Positions 44,094 through 64,000 of a DNA stretch of 64,000 nt are shown here, piece after piece (position 1 is the first letter of the stretch; every line of letters starts with the position of its first letter). The position numbers were made by a program, and so were the translations under genes. The DNA is from Tubiluchus corallicola. Taxonomy: Eukaryota > Animalia > Priapulida. The DNA lies in NCBI GenBank assembly GCA_030141605.1, contig JAQGDQ010000953.1:1-64000 (forward strand), read 5' to 3'. A model generated the notes under the pieces. It was not told the DNA's origin. It did not search any database and saw only the letters and a list, made by a program, of their open reading frames with translations.

Positions 44094-45002
44094 GTACGTT
44101 CGGGACATTTAGCTACAGCTCCGTCTAACACTGTTATGAAAAATACTCAACTTTTCATTAGTTAACGCGAGAAATATTGGCTTAGTTCTAGATTTTATTA
44201 TTGTCAAATGAAATTGCAAGTGAATTAGTGGAAATATATAGTTTAGTTTCGCTTATAGGAAGAAATGCACAACACTTACATCTGTGAATTGCTGATTAAA
44301 CCATTTTGCAATCCAGAAAATACGCAGTTTACTTTAGTTTACAGCTTTGCAAGTTAGATAAAACCAACTATTTGACTAACTTTAAATAAGGACAAAACAA
44401 GATGTTTCCTTTTCTGGCCAGTTTTTATAAACCTCAATGAGATCTTCACAGTCAAAATTAACTCAAATGTGATCATAACTTATGTTATACGTTAATGTAA
44501 TATTAGCTAATTTTACGCAATTTTTCTGGTTATAATCAAGGTAAAAGATGCCATTGGGAATTATGTGACTCGAGCATTCAATATAAGGGTCGTCTATGGA
44601 ACGGAACAGTCAAATTTATTCCATTTCTATAGCCTGACAAACGAAAAAATTTAATAAACCTTGCGGACGGGCACACGATCAATTAATATAAAAAAATACA
44701 TCGCAGGCTTGATGTTCGTATGTTTAAAGGCAGGAAAGACTTAATATTTTTGCTGCTCATTTATTGTAAAGCAAGGCTAACTGGCTTAGTTTCTTTTATT
44801 ATATTTGTGTCTCTGTATTTTGTAGTGCATTGAAATTTCGTCTCTACATTCTGTTTAAATTGAAAAGTCATTTTTTAGCTACTTGAAGTGTTAATTTCGT
44901 GATAAAATAGCTGCTTCTCTGCAAATTTGTGTTTATTTTAATCAGATTTTAATTCTGCTGCCTCTGAGCTGTGTTTCCAATCATAACCCTATGAGTCCTT
45001 GA

Positions 45003-45546
45003 AGTGAAATAGGATGCTAACCAATTGTTTGAAACAACCAAGTATTGAAAACTGCAACAGCTTTTTTTAGATCAAAGCTTAGATTAAATAATAATTACCT
45101 CGGATAGTTAAAATTTGTTAAACTTTCAAAGCTAGAGTGACTTTGCGAATCAACTAAGACTGGTAATGGCGCCTTTTTGTTGCGTGGCTGACAAGTAGGT
45201 GTGGTATCGTGACAAGCGAGATTATTAACTGAAGTGTTCGTCTGTGACGTCAGTGGACGTAGAGCTGATTTTTGCGACATCACATCAGCGCTTATAGCAA
45301 TCTTCGTTTAGCTAAACGTTCTTGACGCGCAGGGAAGATTCCTACCATTGCACAAACTGTGGTTAGTTTGTGACGTAAGCAATAGCTGTGTTCAATACCG
45401 TTAATTAACTTCCAAGGTAATTATTCAAATAATTAACAAAAATATTAGAAACAATTGCTTACTAATATAGGCAAGAAAATATATATTTTGGACAGCAGAT
45501 TAAAATGAGATTTCAGTTTTCTGTCCAGGAATCGCCCAGTTTTCCT
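45003..45546. mobile_element. TTAA-type MITE, family B copy 2
   Basis: Shares aattacctc.gatagttaaa.tttgttaaactttcaa, catcacatcagc and ctaccattgcacaaa with 33820-34357; ends CAGTTTTCCT|TTAA. Left edge approximate. Confidence 0.6.
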
Positions 45547-45911
45547 TTAACTTTAGTCTTGAATTTTTTTACACGGTTGCCAAATAAGATAACATAGTAG
45601 TCGTGATTAGGCAACACTTGGGGAAAAGGAACGACTGACGAGATAATCATAAAATGTTTCAATAAGTTGAATAAAATTTTATTCATTTAACTCAGTTTAG
45701 TAATAGTAATATTAGTAATTCGATACATCATTGCCTGGGTTATGGCGCTTTGTTGTTTCATTGGCAAGTTGAACAAGTTTTCTCAAGTTAGCAAAAAATT
45801 TATAAAAAGGAGATAAAAATATCAGTTGTGCATTTATTACAAAAGTCTTTATATTATATTACAAATGTAGTATAAGTAATAACTTTTATACTACTTTTTA
45901 TCTATGTGTAG

Positions 45912-46208
45912 GGCGATTCAGGTGGTCCTATGGTATTACGCAGGACCGGGGAGGTGATTGGTATTCACTCCACAGGAACCAAGCATCCATTTTGGGGATA
46001 CGATTGTATATCAGTGAGCAAGGCCGTGAGAATTTCCCATTATTTGAATTGGATTGATGATGTTAAAAGTTTTTCTAAGGACTTGCATTTAAGTGGCTCT
46101 CACGATACCGTGTCTGCTCATAACACATCTCCACTGGATTTCACAACAATAGTAATTTATATAATAACACTGTATGCATCTTTGCCTTTGATAAATGATG
46201 GTGATTGA
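45912..46208 (+). CDS. Terminal exon of a trypsin-like (S1) serine protease with a hydrophobic C-terminal tail; rest of gene fragmentary
   Basis: After the acceptor gtgtag: GDSGGPMV...VIGIHS...VRISHYLNWI, then hydrophobic FTTIVIYIITLYASLPLI and stop. Contains the catalytic Ser motif. Confidence 0.75.
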   Translation, partial: GDSGGPMVLRRTGEVIGIHSTGTKHPFWGYDCISVSKAVRISHYLNWIDDVKSFSKDLHLSGSHDTVSAHNTSPLDFTTIVIYIITLYASLPLINDGD

Positions 46209-47186
46209 CGAAATAGTAAAGGAAATTGTAGGGACTTCTCTTACTTAAGAAGTAAGACCTTACCTTTTACACTTTGTTTTCAATTTCTCAAACGTATGTT
46301 GTCAAGAAACCACTTCTCAGAGTAGCACATGCTATCATATTAATTGTCACTCTCCTGTGAAGGGATGGTCTCATAAAAGATGAGACCATAGGTACAGCTT
46401 TCACTGGCTCTGCGACTCAGTCTCTGGCATAGGGAACAAGAGAAAAGACGTTCGGCAAGTTATTTCATTCTAAATCTCTGCTTTGATGGAGTTCGTCAGC
46501 TTGAATCCTCAAGAGGACGCCAAACCACCAAGAAGTGGGACACCACGACACTGATTGTATTACTAATTAGTGAGTTTTTTTATAAAATGATGCAAGCAAT
46601 TTTAAAATTTATATATGTACAACTGCCCATTGCAGCAGGATTCTGTTATCCATGATGTTGTTACATTTTAGGAAATAAATGAAACTGCTTCAACCATAAT
46701 TTTGTATACTGACTATACTGTTACTGCATTTTGATAAAGTTATAATAGATTTTATTTGGGGATACTTGGGTATGTCTTGCAATTATTACACCTAATACTG
46801 TTCTGTCTATGTGGCTGCTACAAATTCAATGTTATGACTTCAATAAACTGCTTCACAAAATAAGGTTAGTATCTTTGAGTGATTTTCAGTACATTTCCGG
46901 TGCATGCTAAGGAGTAGAGTGTAGCCCATGCATTACGAACCTTTTTTTGAAGAATCTACACGTGATTTTTGCGAGATATGCAAGGAGTGATTTTTTTGAA
47001 GAATTTACTGAGCAGGCAATTTTAGATGATATACAAATCACTTTACAAAGATACCAAAGAATTTGTAAAACTGCATATCTGTAAATAAAATCCTGCTTCC
47101 GTGCACATGTTTGAATTATAAGAATTAAAAATTAAAGATTAAAAGAATGTGCTTCAAACTGGAACACCTGTATGCAGTTAACAGCC

Positions 47187-54235
<7,049 letters not shown>

Positions 54236-55129
54236 CCTTCTTTAGATTAGATAATAATTAATCAACTGCTCTACTGTTTTCCACAAGCTACTCATAATAA
54301 ATGAATCACCACCAATCACTCTGGCATACGAAATGTAGGTAAATTTTAATTGACGCCTCAGGCAAGAAACTCTTTCAAAGTGATCATAAAAGAGGATACC
54401 GCAGCGAAAGTGAATAAGATGGGTGGATCTATGACAATGAAGCATTACCAATTTTGGGTATTAACATTTACGTAAGTTCACATTCAGTGCACATAGAAAC
54501 AGAGAGCGCCTATTCGATGTTGTAAAATTCATTAAAGCATCTCTATGATCAAAACAACTTCACCACGTTGAATAATACGTTAATGTATTAATATCTGTCT
54601 ATTTCAGTGCTTCTTAACTTGTATCTGGGCACCAGTCACTTTCTTTCTTAAATTTTGTGGGAACTCAGCATGATGTTATTATTTAGGTAGAATATCAGCA
54701 TACCTTTCTAAAATGGAAAATCAACTTTCAAGAACTATCGAGCATTACGCAGGTGGATAACTATCGCGCTGAAACGAGTCCATCCGCATAGAGATAATGT
54801 AGGTCAGTTCTGTACATTATTAGGTCAAATGGTGGTAGTCTAAGTATGCTAGCCAATGTAGATCTGACGCCAACCAATAAAAATATAATATGCTAATGTT
54901 TCGCGTGTGCATCACGAAATTTTGGAAATTATCGTAAAATATACGTGTTTACGCATTGCGCCGTCTGTAATCCTCTTTATTTAATTCCTTCCCTCCACCT
55001 TCCCACAGTTTGCACCGAAGGCCTAAATACCCAAACCAGCAGCAAAGTAGTTAGTCACTTTAAACATTGATTAATTGGTTTGAATAAAAAGGTATATATG
55101 TGGTGCCTTAATTTTGTCGTCAGTACATG

Positions 55130-55930
55130 GTCATTTCATCATTCACATTTGCATTAGGCCTATACCCAATAAAGCATCAGTTAATTTAAAAGTAATATTA
55201 AAGAGTGTACATATAAGTGTACAAAAAATTGTCATCAAAAAAGTTATACTAAAAGTCATGTTAGTCTGTTTGACAATTGTAGAATTTTCAACCAGATTTT
55301 TAATTGAAACCTACATTCCATATACTCAGCACCAGACTATTGCAGCTTTTAGATAGCCTGTTTTTAAATGAATAAACACATTTTCGAATTATAGTGTCAA
55401 AAAACGGTATGTTAAGCTCAACACACATTCCGCTTGCGGAACAGTCATATTGCATCTGAAATAACTTGTGGATGCCTTTGTTGTACGCAATTTTTATGTG
55501 ATTGAAACTATAATCACAAAATTTGTACAATAGAGCTGCACAGAAAAAGTTCGAGTAATACGATACGAACATATTCGTGTTTGCGTTTACGTTACATTTT
55601 GAAAAATTTCTTATCAGTTTATTTGACCTTATATAAAACAAAGCACTTTATGTGACGATTATCCTTATTTTCACGATCAACATATTTTTAAAACTACGTT
55701 ATTTAAATAAGCCTCATAATTTTTTAAGTATTTCATACATGTTTATTCTATGGATAAATTTTTTGTTTTTTCCCTGTTCACAATAATTTCAAGTTTAATT
55801 GCAATACACAATAAACATTTATAAGCTGCTGAAGTCACGTAGTGGTTGCAGCCAACAAGCATACCTCATCTGCATCGGACAGGTGATTGCAGTAAATATA
55901 GCCTACACTGCATCCTCTTTTAGAACTAGC
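55130..55930 (-). mobile_element. LINE RT 3' remnant
   Basis: GCSVGYIYCNHLSDADEV (YADD relic); KIAYNK...CSASGMCVELNIP...IRK...SFKNRL. Confidence 0.7.
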
Positions 55931-56459
55931 TAAATTTACACTTTCATAAAAATAACCATTGAAAAGTCTGTTCATGTTACTGACATGCTTTGTTCATTTA
56001 AAAACTACACATACACTAATACTGAAGGTGGGGAAAATGCAGTAAGGCAATTAACTGGTTTTAATTGCGTTATATGATATTATGACAGTGTTATATAACA
56101 ATATTAAACATTATGACAGTTCAATAAAGCCTGATGGTTAGGGAATCATTAAAAATGTAATAAATACAAATAGAAAAATACAGGTACAATATCAAATTTT
56201 GTTGGTGCCCAAATATCTCGTGCTCAAATGTCCTCGTGCCCAAATGTCACATATCCCATTCCTGTTTTCCATAGCCGGCAAGATCTTACGTTTGTATAGC
56301 TGTTCGTAAGTGGAACACAGAAAGTTATATGAAAGATGCATCAGTTCATTCAATTTTAAATTTGCATTCGCAACAGTCTCAGTTATGTGGTAGCACCAAC
56401 TTAGATCGCACGTCTATGTTTCTGGGCTATTTTCAGTTGAGCGCGGGAAAAATACAATA

Positions 56460-56680
56460 GACGATAAATTACCAGTCCAGTTTTATGAGAGAAAACACCA
56501 TGACTTCTGTTTTTGCAGGATTGAAAGCAACCAACCACTGGCGTGCCCAATTTTGTACTTGAGTGAGATCACTAACACGAGCTGCAGACAATGTTGGGTT
56601 TCTAAATATACCCAATTGGTGCGAACTCTCATTGCTGTGCAAATAAGTTTTAGTGGCCGAGACTTGTTCCACACCTATTT
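56460..56680 (-). mobile_element. CR1-like RT fragment
   Basis: SDLTQVQNWARQWLVAFNPAKTEVM. Confidence 0.7.
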
Positions 56681-57999
56681 GACAGCAACATTAGCGGGCA
56701 TGCAACGAAGGAACCTTTTTCTTACGGACTAATTCTTTTTCTGACAATTTCAGACAAAGTAGGAGTAAGATTCGTGCTTCGTTTGTAAGTGACTTCCTTT
56801 TGAGTGACTGAGGCTGCCAGAAATTTCTTTGACAACAGTGAGATTAGTGAGAATATTTTCTCTCAAAAATTTTCCGTAATGAAGTTTGCAGTAAACTAAT
56901 TATTATGTGATATGCAGACTCTCTCTCATAATAATTACTATTACTAATATGTAAGCGATACCTAAATATTAAAGAAGTGCGAGTTTCTAGCTATAAAGTT
57001 TTTAGCTAAATCGATATTTTTAGACTCTTATTAAGTTTCTATTATTATTTATTATATAAATATCTGAATGTCAACAGTTGGTCAGCTTGGAAGCTGTGAA
57101 AAAATTTGGGAAAGCAATTTTCCTGTGCATGTTAAGCCATGAAAACATTTAGAAAGGTTAATTTAATTAGAAGCCGATTTCGATGTGGCCACTGAAGTAA
57201 ATCTATTATTATAACATAACATAAAAAGAAGACTGCCTTTTATAGTCTCAATGATATTATTCACTGGCATCGTCGGCTGAATAGACTGTGCTGGTAACTG
57301 AGGGTGTTAGTCACTTAAGCTTCGCCCTCTAGGGGAAAGCTTCTGAACGAATATATAATCATGGAGACTATAAAGGGCACTATGTTTTTTATGTTAAAGA
57401 TGACAAATCTCAGGAGAGCTCTCTCTCACATAATGGAAATTTTTGATCTCCTGAATCTAAATCTTTACTAAACTTTCTAATGATGCTATATTAAAATTAC
57501 CGTATTTATTACCAATTTGTATTATTATTATAGTTTATACAAAGTTTAATGAGTATCTTTTCTTTTAAATTCATTTACCTGCAGGATGTGATACAGCATG
57601 CAACCGTTAAGTTCCATTAAATTATAGTTACAGAAAAGCCTGCCGATCCAAGGAGTCGAGTTCGGGAAGAATTGCTTAAAAGGGAGTATCCATTCGTGGT
57701 ACGTGTATTAATTACATTTAAATGCCGCACATACAGTACTATACACACGCGGCATTTAAATAGCTGAGTTTAGGCCATTTTTCGCCTGGCAAAAATATAT
57801 GTTGTTGTAGTAATGCACGGAAGTTGTCCAATGTTTTTCTAACGCCCAGCATGGAATCAAATATTTAGAAATCTAGAATAGAAATTAATTTTAATAAAAC
57901 CATGAGATTCAAGAAAAATCAAATATTTTTTAATAACTGTCGTTAACTACATAAATGTATAAAAACAGGTAAAACACGTTCGATCTGTTAGTTAGCTTT

Positions 58000-59440
58000 T
58001 AATTTGATGGCATCGTTGTTTTAACGACCTCCAGAGAGGCAATGGAAAAGAAAATAAATTTACTAGTGACATGTGCCTCTGATCTAAGCATGACTGTTCA
58101 CCCTACAAAGTCGAAATTTTTAGCTTTGGTTACAGTTGACGACAGGAGTTTTCAAAATGTCATAAGTCATAAGTCATTTATTTCACCATACACATTTACA
58201 GGTTACATATACAATATCTAGTGAAAGGGCCTACAATGGATATAATACAAATAAAAAATACTGCACAGAAAAAGCCTCAAGCACTATTCACTTATACACG
58301 AAGGTAAATGTGTTGTGGGCAATCAAAAAGCAGGGCTTGTTAGATTGTCCCAAAATGGTGATATTACAATTCGGTATAAGCCAAAATATATTTATTTCGG
58401 CACGCCGATCGTTAATGCAAGCATTGCAGAGCAGGTAGAGATGCACTTGCAAATAAAGAAACCAGAATTGAGAAAATTTGGGTCGTTCCTTGCAAAAAGT
58501 CCAGATGCATCTTTACCGGTGAAAAAAGCAATATGGCAAAGTACAGTACTGTGTGTTATGTTTCTGTGAATCTTGGCGCCCGAATAAGTTGAAATGTGTG
58601 CCAAAAAGCTTACCTAAAAGTCACTTTTAGCTGTTCAAAAAGCACCCAAACATGCAATGAAATTGCTCTCTTTGAAGCTGGAGTGCCCCATTTACAAGAT
58701 CCAAATGTAAGCAGACAAAAGAGGTTTTTGCAGAAGTTTCATGCCCGAACCAACTGTGAGATGTTTCCATTGGCAAAAGCCACAACTATTTCACGTATGG
58801 CAAGTTAATGAAGTTATCTTCAGTTATCAGAGAGGAGAGATGGCAATGTGACTGACAAAGCCAAATAGAAATGTGTTGATTTGTTGAAATTTGTCTGGCA
58901 GAGAATTCTACTCGTCGGCGCACGTATTTGAAGTTTAATCCGGCTTTAGACTTGTGAGAGCGGTTTAAGTGAATTTCCAAGAACTGCATGTACAAGAACT
59001 AGATGTAGCTCTCATCGATTAAACATTGAATTTGGTAGATGGCCAAGAACTCCGATGGAAAATAGACTATGCTTATGTGTCCAGATACAAGACGAGGGGC
59101 ATATTTTGCTAAAATGTCATAGGAGTCATGTTAATATACACAAATTAGTGAATGCGGAAGGTCATAAAAGTTGCTTGCTGTACATGAAAAAAATACCAAG
59201 GGATTAGATGCAATTTTGTTTGTATCGCATGATAACTACCTATTGGTTTGGCTCAACTAGTTTTCTTGTTATTTGTATTTGTTGTTGTTGTAATTTGTAT
59301 TTCACTTTTGTTTGGGAGCAGATGTTACTTGGAATAAGTTGTTTTTATGGACTATTTCTTTCGCCACAAACTCGTAACTTTTATGCGATGTATTTACAGT
59401 TGATAAATGTTAATAAATATCTAATCTAATTTAATCTACA
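58000..59440 (+). mobile_element. LINE ORF2 3' remnant
   Basis: KYIYFGTP; RCSSHRLNIEFGRW...RLCLC...DEGHILLKC zinc knuckle; (CTAAT)-like tail. Confidence 0.75.
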
Positions 59441-60086
59441 GACTAAAATCCTTAAAGATTATAGTTGTTTTAAACTTAAGCAACGAGGGCCAGAACCAGA
59501 ACAGTGTATGCTGTAGAAAATATGCTAAAAATGATAAATATATGGGTTACTGCCCAAATTTTAACAAACAAATAACTTTTTCATGCAGCTTTTAAGATGC
59601 AATTTTCTTGTTGTAACAGGTAGGCTAAAAAGAATCAAAACTTTGTTACCACTAATAGAGAACATTATGACGACAGTACTATAAATTGTCTCGAGATAAT
59701 AGTTATAGCCTAAACTTCTAAATTAGTATCACTCTGTTGTAAGAAATTTTTGTCAAACATTTATTGTATTCCTATGCAACATATTATTATTTCGAAAGTT
59801 ACTGTGTTCAACTAGTCAAATATTGAATATTGAATAGTGACTTGTATTGTTTTTTATAGTTATGGACCCATTTTTGTGACACTAATTAAGTTTAGGTCTA
59901 TCTGTGAAATGGCTGTAAAACGACAAAAAGACAAAAAGTCTTTAACAGTTTAACATGGAGATTATAATCTTGCAATTGGTGTAGTTGGACGGGGATATCA
60001 CCTTGGTAACTTGTTTCCATATTCAGGTGAGTGACAGACCAAAAAGCAATTAAAAGATGAGCATTTTTTGTCTACATTTATAGGTT

Positions 60087-60928
60087 GAATGTAGGTGAAA
60101 ATGGTACAGGTAAATTGGCACAAGAAAAAATGACACAGCAAAAAATTGGCACAAATGAAACAGTAGGTAAAATGGCACAGTAAAAAATTATTTTAAATAT
60201 TTATACCTCTGCTAAGGAAGTTAGGCTTCAACACAGTTTGTTTGTTTGGTTGTTTTTTTTGCAATATCGATAAGTCTATTAAGCAAAAACTGCCTACTTA
60301 TTTCAAAGAAACTTTGCGAAAAAAGGCGGTTATAAGGTACCTCACCAGCTCTTTTTTTCGCAAAATTGGCCGGAAAAAGCATTCGCGAAGCACTTCATGG
60401 AGGTATCAGAGGAGTGTTTAGTGCTTCTTTTCTATTATCTCCACCTGGACAAACAACTAGAAGTTAGTTCAAGTTCTATTTCAAGAAATCCTCGCTTGTA
60501 AAATCGCGCAACGCTGTCCATAACCTTTGCTTTTGTGTGTATAGCCTTATAAGGTAAAATTAGGTGGATAAACACTATATGGAACCTTCGTGTATTATTG
60601 ATTATTAATCTATTTAATGAGCAAATATTCTGCGAGTCTTTTGCTAGCCTATATAATACCTGCACAGGTACTTTTTTGAATGTTTGCTTTTTTAATCGAC
60701 AAATCAGACGAATAAGTTTAGGATGGTTTAGCTTTCACAGAGATCTGCTTCCTACTGAGCGCATTCTAATTTTATTATAGAAATCAATTTCATCAAATTA
60801 ATGTATGTGCTATTTGCCCTGCACCATTTTTACCTGTGCCACTTTTTCCTGTGCCATTTTTACCGTGTCATTTTTTCCTGCGTGATTTTTACCTACTTTT
60901 CACTTTGTGCTATTTTTTATCGCGCACC
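60087..60928. mobile_element. Mutator/foldback-like MITE with inverted arrays of ~15-bp repeats
   Basis: GGTAAAAATGGCACA-like units at left and inverted TGTGCCATTTTTACC units at right; flanking duplication (T/G)TATAGGTT at 60078-60086 and 60929-60937. Confidence 0.7.
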
Positions 60929-61689
60929 GTATAGGTTAACATGGTGAGCAGCATGAACACATTTCAAATATGTTGAACAAAAAGTCAAGAGCTGCCTCAA
61001 TGAAAACAGAGTGAGAAATCCCATTCAACAGTATTAGTTACAAGGGAAACAATTTTCTGGCACAGACTAGAGTATTCCAGGGATGAGATGGCTGAATGTG
61101 TGAATGTAAGACTTAGTATCAAAATAATTATTTGGATTTTGTGTATTCTCACTTGACAAGCAAAAATGTAAAAGTTAGCAAAAATATGAATGGCAGGGAG
61201 CTATCTTATTACTGTAATGTATTTATCTTAGGCTTTCAGATCCAGTTTAAAATATATCTCAGACGACTTACATGTCAATTTACGGTTTCGAGATATTTTC
61301 TCCGAATAAAGAGTTTGCTGTAACTTACTCTGATACATAGATTTAATCTCGTGCAAAAACTTATCGTTATTAATATGCAGGCGGTGCCTGAAGATCAAAG
61401 TGCAAGTTTACAGTGAAAAAGCTTTTCTAAATCTTTAATTCACTTAAGCCTAACAAAAAAGATAGTTTTGGAAACTCACTAACTTTTATCATTTAGTACA
61501 TAATTATCTAAAAATCAACAATTGCTCAAATTGGAAGCTGTGACAAACTCAGGAAAATAGTGATGGCTGAAGGTGAATTCGAGGTGTTAATTAGGGGCAG
61601 ATTTAGATGTGACCCGCCGACCCCTGAAGCAAAGCTCGTAATTATACCGCAAATAAAACTTTTGCTTTTCTAAATCAGAATCTCTAACA

Positions 61690-61990
61690 GATCATCTAAT
61701 GAAGTCATATGACCTCTGATGAAGACGAAATCTAATGCCACTTTGCATTTTTAGTATTTTTGAAGTTGAACATGTCTGTGACCCCGCTTGCTTGTCTCCC
61801 CCATGACTATTTCCAACAAGTTCGGACTCACCGTTATCTATGCCAGGTGCCTTTCCAGACTTCATCTTTTTCAATGCCACCGCCTTAACCTCAACTTGCT
61901 TTATTCTTCCATGAATCATTCCATCCACCATTCTCTGTTGTTTTTTAGACATTTGAATATGAGGCGCTATGCGTGATTTTATTTTCACTC
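61690..61990 (-). mobile_element. RTE-like LINE fragment
   Basis: ALKKMKSGKAPGID motif. Confidence 0.6.
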
Positions 61991-64000
61991 TGTGTTTAAG
62001 CTTATGTTTTTATTAAGTCCATTTCAGTCATAAGGAATAACTGTTAATACAAGTCAAAATTATTTTATAGAACATTTTCTAGTCGGCAGCATGTTTGCTG
62101 AATATGACAGGTGTGCATTTAAAAAACTATCAAGAGTCACTGTAGGATTAAGATTTTTTCGGAAATTCTTTCCATTTCATAGGGCTTAATAACCTATCAC
62201 GTTTATACGATTTTGTCTAGAAAGCACTCGTGGGGTGTTAAACCTGCGCACAGACCATCTTGTACGGTTTCGTAGACTTCACTGGCTCGAGCGATATTAT
62301 GAGTCAGTGCATCAACTCAAAACTGCAATATCTACAAATACACTAAACTTCCGTCTGTCAACTAGTGAACACAAAACTGCAGTACTAAAACTAGGATGTA
62401 CTACTTCAGAAAAATAATTTAAAGGAATATAATTTTCAAAAACGGACCAAAGTTATAGCAATGTACTCTGTGAACTGTTTCTAGTCTAAACAACCTGTAA
62501 GTGTAACTCAACAAACTTGCTTAAAAGAACAGACGGAGGTGGATTGAAACTGTGGTTCTTGAATGTAAACGTAGTGTTAAATTTGCATCGTAATCAATTA
62601 CCATGTAATTGTCATTCAAGTCTATAGTACAATCTGCCATGTAATTAGCTGAATTAGGCTTTTTTCATAGATCTATATACATATAATAATTTTTCTGTTC
62701 CAAAAGTGTAGCTAGCCAGGAGTCACAATCGTTGTGTTGCTCATTTGCTCATTATCGAGCATGACCATGAACATAGTATAATAAGTATGTTTAAAGTCTA
62801 TTTGTATTAGACTTAATGTATACATTAAATGTAATCACGTCGTAATTTAGTCGTGTTGTAATTTCTTTTCTATTTATTAAAACGTAGGTCTCTTATAACA
62901 GACCAATGAACCTTTATTACTAAGCGTGTACGTATTACTCTTGTTTCGTTGTCATTGTAAATATCATCATTGTAAAAACGTAATATTCATCAATAACTAT
63001 GCGCATATTTTAATTACTTGTTCTTATTTTTGATATAAAAGCAAAAGGACGTACATTTAGAAAATTGCTACAAATTTAACTCAATTCAGTATTTGTTTGT
63101 GTTGAATGTGCGAAAGCAATTCAATTCAGGGCATTCAGTCGCCCAAGTTTTACATAAAAATAAAAAGTTACAAACATTCAATTAATTAAATCGTTAAAAC
63201 CAGATAAAATATTTTCGAAGAATAAAAATCAACCATTCGTCGTAATAAAATTAAACGTTTTCGACAGAAAAATTGTCGAATAAAACTAAAAAAATTGTAC
63301 GGTCCTGGGCAACTAAACTAAGAGTGAGTTATAATACCAAATGGAAGATGTTTTAGTAAGGTTGTCGACAAAGTACACACCACACCTAAATTTTAGTAGC
63401 ATCGGTGAAATACATGTATATGGTTATAAAAAGTCTTAAATTGCACAAGAAAAATATTAACTAGTATTTTATAACATTGTAATGTTGGTAAAGACATTAT
63501 ATCATTGTGATGATGGGGGTATCGGCGCCCAATTGTAGACTAACATAACAACATAGATCACATAACAAGACAATAGAAGAAAAAGTAGAAAAACGTATAC
63601 TAAAATAATTAATATGTGTGCTCCTTGCTAGTTACGTGTACGAAACTGGTGTTGAAGTCTACGTATTGAACTAGGGAGGCCATTCTATAGTGCCGTTGAA
63701 CTACCATTTAATGCATGTTTTCAATGGCTTTATAATGGATCGAACCATCACGGTATAGGAATAGGGGTTGAAAATAAATGGCGTTTCGCCTAGAGTGCAA
63801 TGTAGTTTTGAAGTCTTTCAACTTCATTTATTTACTTAATTTTTTGTGATCGACTCATATATCAATATTTCATTGGCTATTAGATTAATGATGATGATTA
63901 CAATAATTTCAAGCAGATAACTCGAGTTCAGTTGCCGCACTAATTCAATTAAGTTTTCTCGTCTAGACGCCAACTTGTAGCGTCCAGCCTCTTAAGAGCT

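Noticed and set aside
60087-60200. CRISPR-like array of short repeats (also 43251-43500)
   Set aside because: Eukaryotic context, degenerate units without unique spacers and no cas genes; explained as MITE or minisatellite repeats.
61714-61760. CTGATGA-agac-GAAA, possible minimal hammerhead
   Set aside because: No stem II, poor stems I and III, and it lies antisense within an RT remnant; likely chance.

Overview
AT-rich, intron-containing eukaryotic DNA, most likely from an invertebrate animal. By hand I spliced three complete, phase-consistent genes. (1) Argininosuccinate lyase (ASL), + strand, 11 coding exons, 3707-22415, about 460 aa. (2) A convergent minus-strand gene, 39365-26222, 11 exons, about 878 aa, with the unusual order UBA - charged helical linker - UBX - SHP box - BC-box/Cul2-box-like motif - leucine-rich repeats. 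This is the best candidate for an uncharacterised system: a p97/VCP adaptor fused to what looks like a cullin-RING ligase substrate receptor. (3) A minimal matrix metalloproteinase without a hemopexin domain, minus strand, 54235-47187, 7 exons, about 320 aa. There are also orphan trypsin-like protease exons. Introns and intergenic DNA are full of transposon debris: a three-level nest in ASL intron 7 (Charlie-hAT > Tigger > hobo-like hAT) whose Tigger ORF is still open after losing most of the DDE domain, plus CR1/L2/RTE LINE remnants, a Gypsy 3' LTR, Penelope hammerhead remnants, several MITE families, SINEs and microsatellites. All family assignments come from motif recognition by eye; no database search was run.
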